Positions 33,562 to 64,000 of a stretch of 64,000 bases of DNA are shown here, one piece after another. Source of the stretch: the human T2T-CHM13v2.0 reference genome, Homo sapiens; NCBI RefSeq assembly GCF_009914755.1, contig NC_060947.1; one strand, 5' to 3'. Both the position numbers and the translations under genes were made by a program. Below the pieces are notes generated by a model. That model saw only the letters and a program-made list of their open reading frames with translations. It was not told the DNA's origin and searched no databases. The stretch's first letter is position 1. Each line of letters opens with the position of its first letter.

Positions 33562-34449
33562 TAGTAGAGACAGGGCTTCGCCGTGTTGCCCAGACTGGTC
33601 TCGAACTCCTGACCTCAAGTGATCCACCCGCCTCCCAAAGTGCTGGGATTACAGGCATGAGCCACCGCGCCGGGCAGCTTACAGATTCTTGCAATAGTAC
33701 TTAACCACACGCCCTCCTAGCCCCAAAGTAACGAATCACAGATATTTTTAAAAAAGAATCAAAGCACTCTGGTCCAAGGCAGACCAGAGTTAAGTAAGCA
33801 TCTGGTAGGTGTCATAGTCCAGCAATACTGTAAGTTTATGGGAAAGGGCCTATGGAAACCAATGACTGTATATAGTTCAAGTTAAGTGGTTCAAAAATTT
33901 CGTTCATTATTCTCTGCCATGTACACAAGCCTCAGACCCTCTAATTCCAAGGAAAATTATCCTTGGCCTCTGAATTCTGTGAATTGTGTACATTAAGGGA
34001 GATCTGTCCTTGGCAAGCAGAACACGTTGTTGGCAAGCTGCAAATACCTTCCACCCTTTTGCCAAAGTCCCCTCACAGGGCAGGCTCAATTCCTCAACCT
34101 TCAGACCCAAAACGGCTTGGTATTACACAACAATCCAACAAGAAAGCAAATAAGTATGTACGTTGGAAGAGATTACACCACTTTTATAGTTACTGGGCTG
34201 GAGCCACTCATTTTTCAGCGGAGAGGGTTAGAACTGGGTAATGAAGGTAAATCCCGAGGAGTCCAGGAATAGCAGATTCACTGATTCACTGACTCTCTGG
34301 GACTCGGGCTGCCAAAAATAAAATCCCAGTACTGGGGGCTCCGATCAGTCTTGGTGACCAGCACTAGGCAGCTTCAACCTCGGGTGCCTGAAAGTGCTGG
34401 GTGTCCAGTGGCATAAGTCTTCTTTGATACCCAGTCCTCTACACCAACA

Positions 34450-35200
34450 AAGCCGAGGTCCGGAATGACAGTCCCCAGAGAAGCGGAGTCACCCTTCTCC
34501 CATCCGGCTAGGCCACAGGAACCTGAGAAAATCAAGGGTTGCTGCCAGGTGCCCGCCCCCCACCCCGAATCCCCGACGTTGTCGCGAGTCCCGCGGTACA
34601 AGGACAGAGGGAAAGTAGGTACAGTGTTCAGGTCCCAGCCCCAGGCTCCTCACCCAACAAAGTTCAGTCATCTGGTGCACCAGCTGCTGGAAGCGCTGCT
34701 TTTGAGTCTCTACCTCGATGAAATGCTGCAACTGCGGGTCCACTGCACCCAAACCCGCCGCGGAGGAAGAGGAGGAGGAATCCATCCCAGGGCGACCAAG
34801 CTTGCAGAGACGAACTCCGCACCGACCTTCACGTGTCTCCGCGACGGAACCGGAACCACAGCTAGCTGCCTCTGGGACCGCCCCCGTGAGTGCACTGCGT
34901 CGGCGCGAGGCAGGCGTCCAACTCCACCCCGCCGCCTCCCACACCTTGGCGCCGGTGCTTCGTTCCCGGAGTCGGCGGGTTCCACTCCCCGGACCCCGCA
35001 ATCCCGTAACCCCGCAACCCTGCCGTTGCGCCCAGCCTTGCGCCTTGAGATCGCAGGGCTTACAGCCCAGAGCCGAGGTGCCGTTGAGATGTTACTCCAA
35101 AAAGAAAAGAAAGGAGAAAAGGAAGTTACTTCAGACCACGTGATCCATTCCGTGCTGGCCCCACAGCTCCGCCCCTGTCCACTTCCAAATTAGCCCGCGT
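34450..35200. promoter_or_regulatory. CpG island / TIMM8A promoter
   Basis: The one clearly CpG-dense non-Alu stretch. It has CACGTG E-boxes at 34830-34835 and 35137-35142, a GC box ctccgcccc at ~35167-35175, and tandem cggaac at ~34845-34856. Confidence 0.85.
34654..34785 (-). CDS. TIMM8A: TIMM8A (DDP1) exon 1 coding part
   Basis: [44 protein letters not shown]|gtgag, 132 nt. Confidence 0.98.
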
Positions 35201-35589
35201 TTTCTGAGCTACCAGAGTTGTGCACTGGGTCAGTTAGTTGACTGGGTCGATTAGTTGGCTATCCTGGGCCCCTGGCTTTCGTTTTTTGATGGAGTTTTCC
35301 TCTCCCGACGTAGGGAAATGAGGCTATGGCAGTTTGTGCCCAACTTTCAGATTCATTCAAATAACATTGCATGCGTGCTGTGACAGGCACTGTTTTTGCT
35401 TAATGCATCTTTGATTCAGAGGCAGGAGTTAACAAGAGGGCTTAAACCTGGAGGATCCTGTCGAGTTCTCAGTGTAGGAATATGCCAAACTAATGCTACA
35501 CAGCAGCTTTCTGGAATACTGAGATAGGGCGCTTCAGGGAGGCTGCATGATTAATAGAGATACCAAAGACTTTCAAGCTTTCTAGTAAT

Positions 35590-35595
35590 TTTATT
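35590..35595 (-). terminator. BTK: BTK polyadenylation signal
   Basis: AATAAA on the minus strand (tttatt on plus), ~410 nt after the stop codon. Confidence 0.8.
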
Positions 35596-36005
35596 TTATC
35601 AAAACACCCTCCCCTCCCATCTTTATGACACCATTTCATTCTTGCCAAATTCGGTCCACCCCCACACACACACCCCCAAGCTCTACCAAATGCCTACTCA
35701 AAGAGCTGTTGGACCCCTTTGTGCGGCTATTTACATCCTCCCTCCTAAAAAATATTTTCATCGCAAATTCAGTCTGTCTTAATTCTCTCGGGAAATTTCA
35801 GGCACAATAATTTCTTGGCCTTTGCTCAGAAGCCACTATCCCAGGGAATCAAAGAAGAGGTGCATTCCCAGATGTAGAGAGGGGCCTTTGTGTATTGAGT
35901 GGGAGCACAAAGGCTCCAGGGCTCCTAAGCTTGGGATTTCCTCTGAGAAAGTGAAATTGGGGCTTGTGGAGAAGAGAAGTAGAACCAAGAAGCTTATTGG
36001 CGAGC

Positions 36006-61471
<25,466 letters not shown>

Positions 61472-62580
61472 TCATCCCTCTTGGTTCCCCCTCAGCCTAG
61501 CTACCTAGTTTCAAATGGAACAAAAATGTGCACAGCTCACAAAATAATTTCTTCCTACCAACCTCCTCCCACAGCCCCCAGCTCTGTCAGGTTTCAGGTA
61601 TAATGGATGCACACTGAATTGGGGGGAGATTGGTTCGATGTTGTGAGCTCATATAAACTGAGTTCTTGTATAAGGCAATGGAATGCTCTAGATGTTAAAT
61701 GGCACGCACCTGTGTGCTTGGTAAGGTGTAGAGGTAGCTTTACACTATTCACCTTTATATGATATGTGTAGAATCTGTGAAAAGCAAAAGTATCTGTGCA
61801 GCTGTTGATCTTGATATACCCAGAAGGGATAATGCAGGTGCCAGAACTCCACTGAGGCAGATATTGGACTTTCAGTTCCCAATTTCCTAGACGGTGAATA
61901 TAATTTTTCAAACATTGTCCCACTGGGGTCTGTAACCAAGGGAACTAATAAGGATATGGAGGCTGCACCTGCAGTTCTGGACACACACTAACTGCTGCCC
62001 AACTGATTTTGCCCACACCCACTGACTGAGCTACAAAGGATAGAAGATTTGTTCTAAAGTTGAAAACATAATTTTTTTTGGTGGGTTTTGGTGGGGGGGG
62101 GTAGTTGTTGTTTTCTGACCTTTTCCCCATTTAGCTTAAATTAGTTCTTTTAGACAGCATCATGCAAAAGTGATGCAACTGTCTTACTGATATAGATGCC
62201 ACCTCTGTTCATTTATGAAACACAACTTATTTAGCCTCCCCAAACCTACAATACTCCAGAAGGATTCAATTTAGGTAACTGAAACACAGAAAGACAAATA
62301 AAGTTCCCAAAGTCACCACTGGCTTTTTTATTCACACCAAGCAACACTTCATATCAGTTATTCACTTACAGTTTATGCACAGTGTAATATTATTACTAAT
62401 TCCGAACTTTCATTGGAAAGATAAAGTGAAAACAAATGCTGTCATAAAAATAGAACACTAGGCCGGCGCGGTGGCTCACATCTGTAATCCCAGCACTTTG
62501 GGAGGCCGAGGCTGGCGGATCACCTGAGGTCAACAGTTCAAGACCAACCTGGCCAACATGGCAAAACCCCGTCTCTACTA

Positions 62581-62739
<159 letters not shown>

Positions 62740-64000
62740 TCAAAAAACAAAATCAAAAACAACAACAAAAAAACACTAAGTAAGTAACGAAAAAACCACC
62801 AGCCCTCCATTCAAGTTTAATTAGTGGTAGGGATTTTTCCTCTGGTGGGGGGGTGGGGGTGGGAATGTGTCTATTTTTTAAGTAAACTCCTTATGCTTTT
62901 GGTGGCACCGTGGAAGCAGAATGAATAAAGCCAGCAGTTTTTTTCTACTTTTTAAGCAGATTATTGCTCACACTAGGAAAGCAAGGGAGTGAATTTTATC
63001 AAAGCCTGGGGGCTATCCACACTGTTATTTTGCTCTTTCCTGTGGTGTAGGAGGTTCTATTCTCATGCTGGGGAGACGAAAATACGTCAAAGGAACACAA
63101 GGGGTGTTCTGGAAGATCGCTTTGCCACTTATCTACCATGTGTATGCCACTATCTTCTGGAGGTGGATTAATTCAATATTTTGTAAATTAGATTTTGAGA
63201 AAAATTGGGCAAGAGTGCAAACCTTTCCCTCCACCCTGCCACACACCCTGACTCCCTGGTTTAAATGGTCTCTCACTGGAGTGACAAATTGATGAGTTTA
63301 CAATCAGCCCTTCCCAACACTCAGTTTTAGCTCTAAACTCAAAGAGGTTCATTTTAACATTACAATTATGCATTTACTCAGGAGTAGTGGTAACCAAATA
63401 ATACTACTCTATTCTCAGGAACTACCAACTCATTGAGAGCCCTGTAATCATACCACAATTATTCTTGTGGCAAATTATAATTAAGTACCTCTTCACAATC
63501 AAAGACTCAAATTACAGGATAAAAAATAAAACCCTAAATAAATTGAGTACTGTGACCAGTAAATGGGGTCAGAAGCATCCCAACAAACCATGTCTGGTGT
63601 ACTTCTCTTAGCCGAATAAATCGCAGGCAACATTTTATCTTTAGTTTTGTTGCAGGCTCTTGGTGGATACATTCCCTGCTTAGACCCACCATCTGTTTCA
63701 TTCTTGTCCCCTGCTCTTACTTCCTATAAGACAGGTCCTTCTGGAAGCTGCCTCTACTCTTTTTCTGTTTTAGAACAAATCCAGTTTGTACAAGAGGAAG
63801 TCTTCCTCTCTCTCAAGTATCTGTGTTTGGGCAGGGTTTAGTGCTGCTCTGACTATGAGGAAGTAAGCAAGTCTCTCACTAGCCATCGCCCCTCTGAGCA
63901 AAAGGTGAAATGGCCTCCACCTCTAGATCATTGAGCTAGAGGTCTACCAGAATTGCCATGATTTGGTACCACCTTCTTTGACTGCTTTTCTCCTGTTTCT

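Noticed and set aside
34465-35193. 242-aa ORF antisense to TIMM8A, and the in-frame upstream extension in ORF 34489-35001
   Set aside because: Long ORFs are expected in a stop-poor CpG island. There is no recognisable domain, and the extension lacks an ATG.
62844-62863. G-run, possible G-quadruplex, in BTK intron 1
   Set aside because: Short and common, with no supporting context.

Overview
Human (primate) genomic DNA that I recognise as the Xq22 BTK-TIMM8A locus. The right half carries all 18 coding exons of BTK (exons 2-19, minus strand, 1980 nt, 659 aa, GT-AG boundaries throughout, frame intact). BTK exon 1 lies beyond the right edge. About 0.7 kb past the BTK poly(A) site is the CpG-island promoter of the two-exon TIMM8A gene (minus strand, 97 aa, twin CX3C). 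The left ~31 kb is intergenic and almost entirely retrotransposon-derived. It holds an antisense L1MA-type LINE containing a MADE1 MITE split by an Alu, a U6 snRNA copy directly in front of a full-length L1PB-type LINE carrying 9 Alus, a TSD-bounded NANOGNB retrocopy and an RPL21 processed pseudogene. I count roughly 60 Alus across the window. I see no convincing new protein-coding gene or wholly new biological system. The most informative unexplained structure is retrotransposition history. The NANOGNB retrocopy preserves a non-Alu 5' end and an Alu-tail poly(A) signal of its parent mRNA, and it sits in a thrice-repeated target site. The U6 and L1 share one degenerate TSD. Repeat subfamily names and parent-gene comparisons come from memory and need database confirmation.
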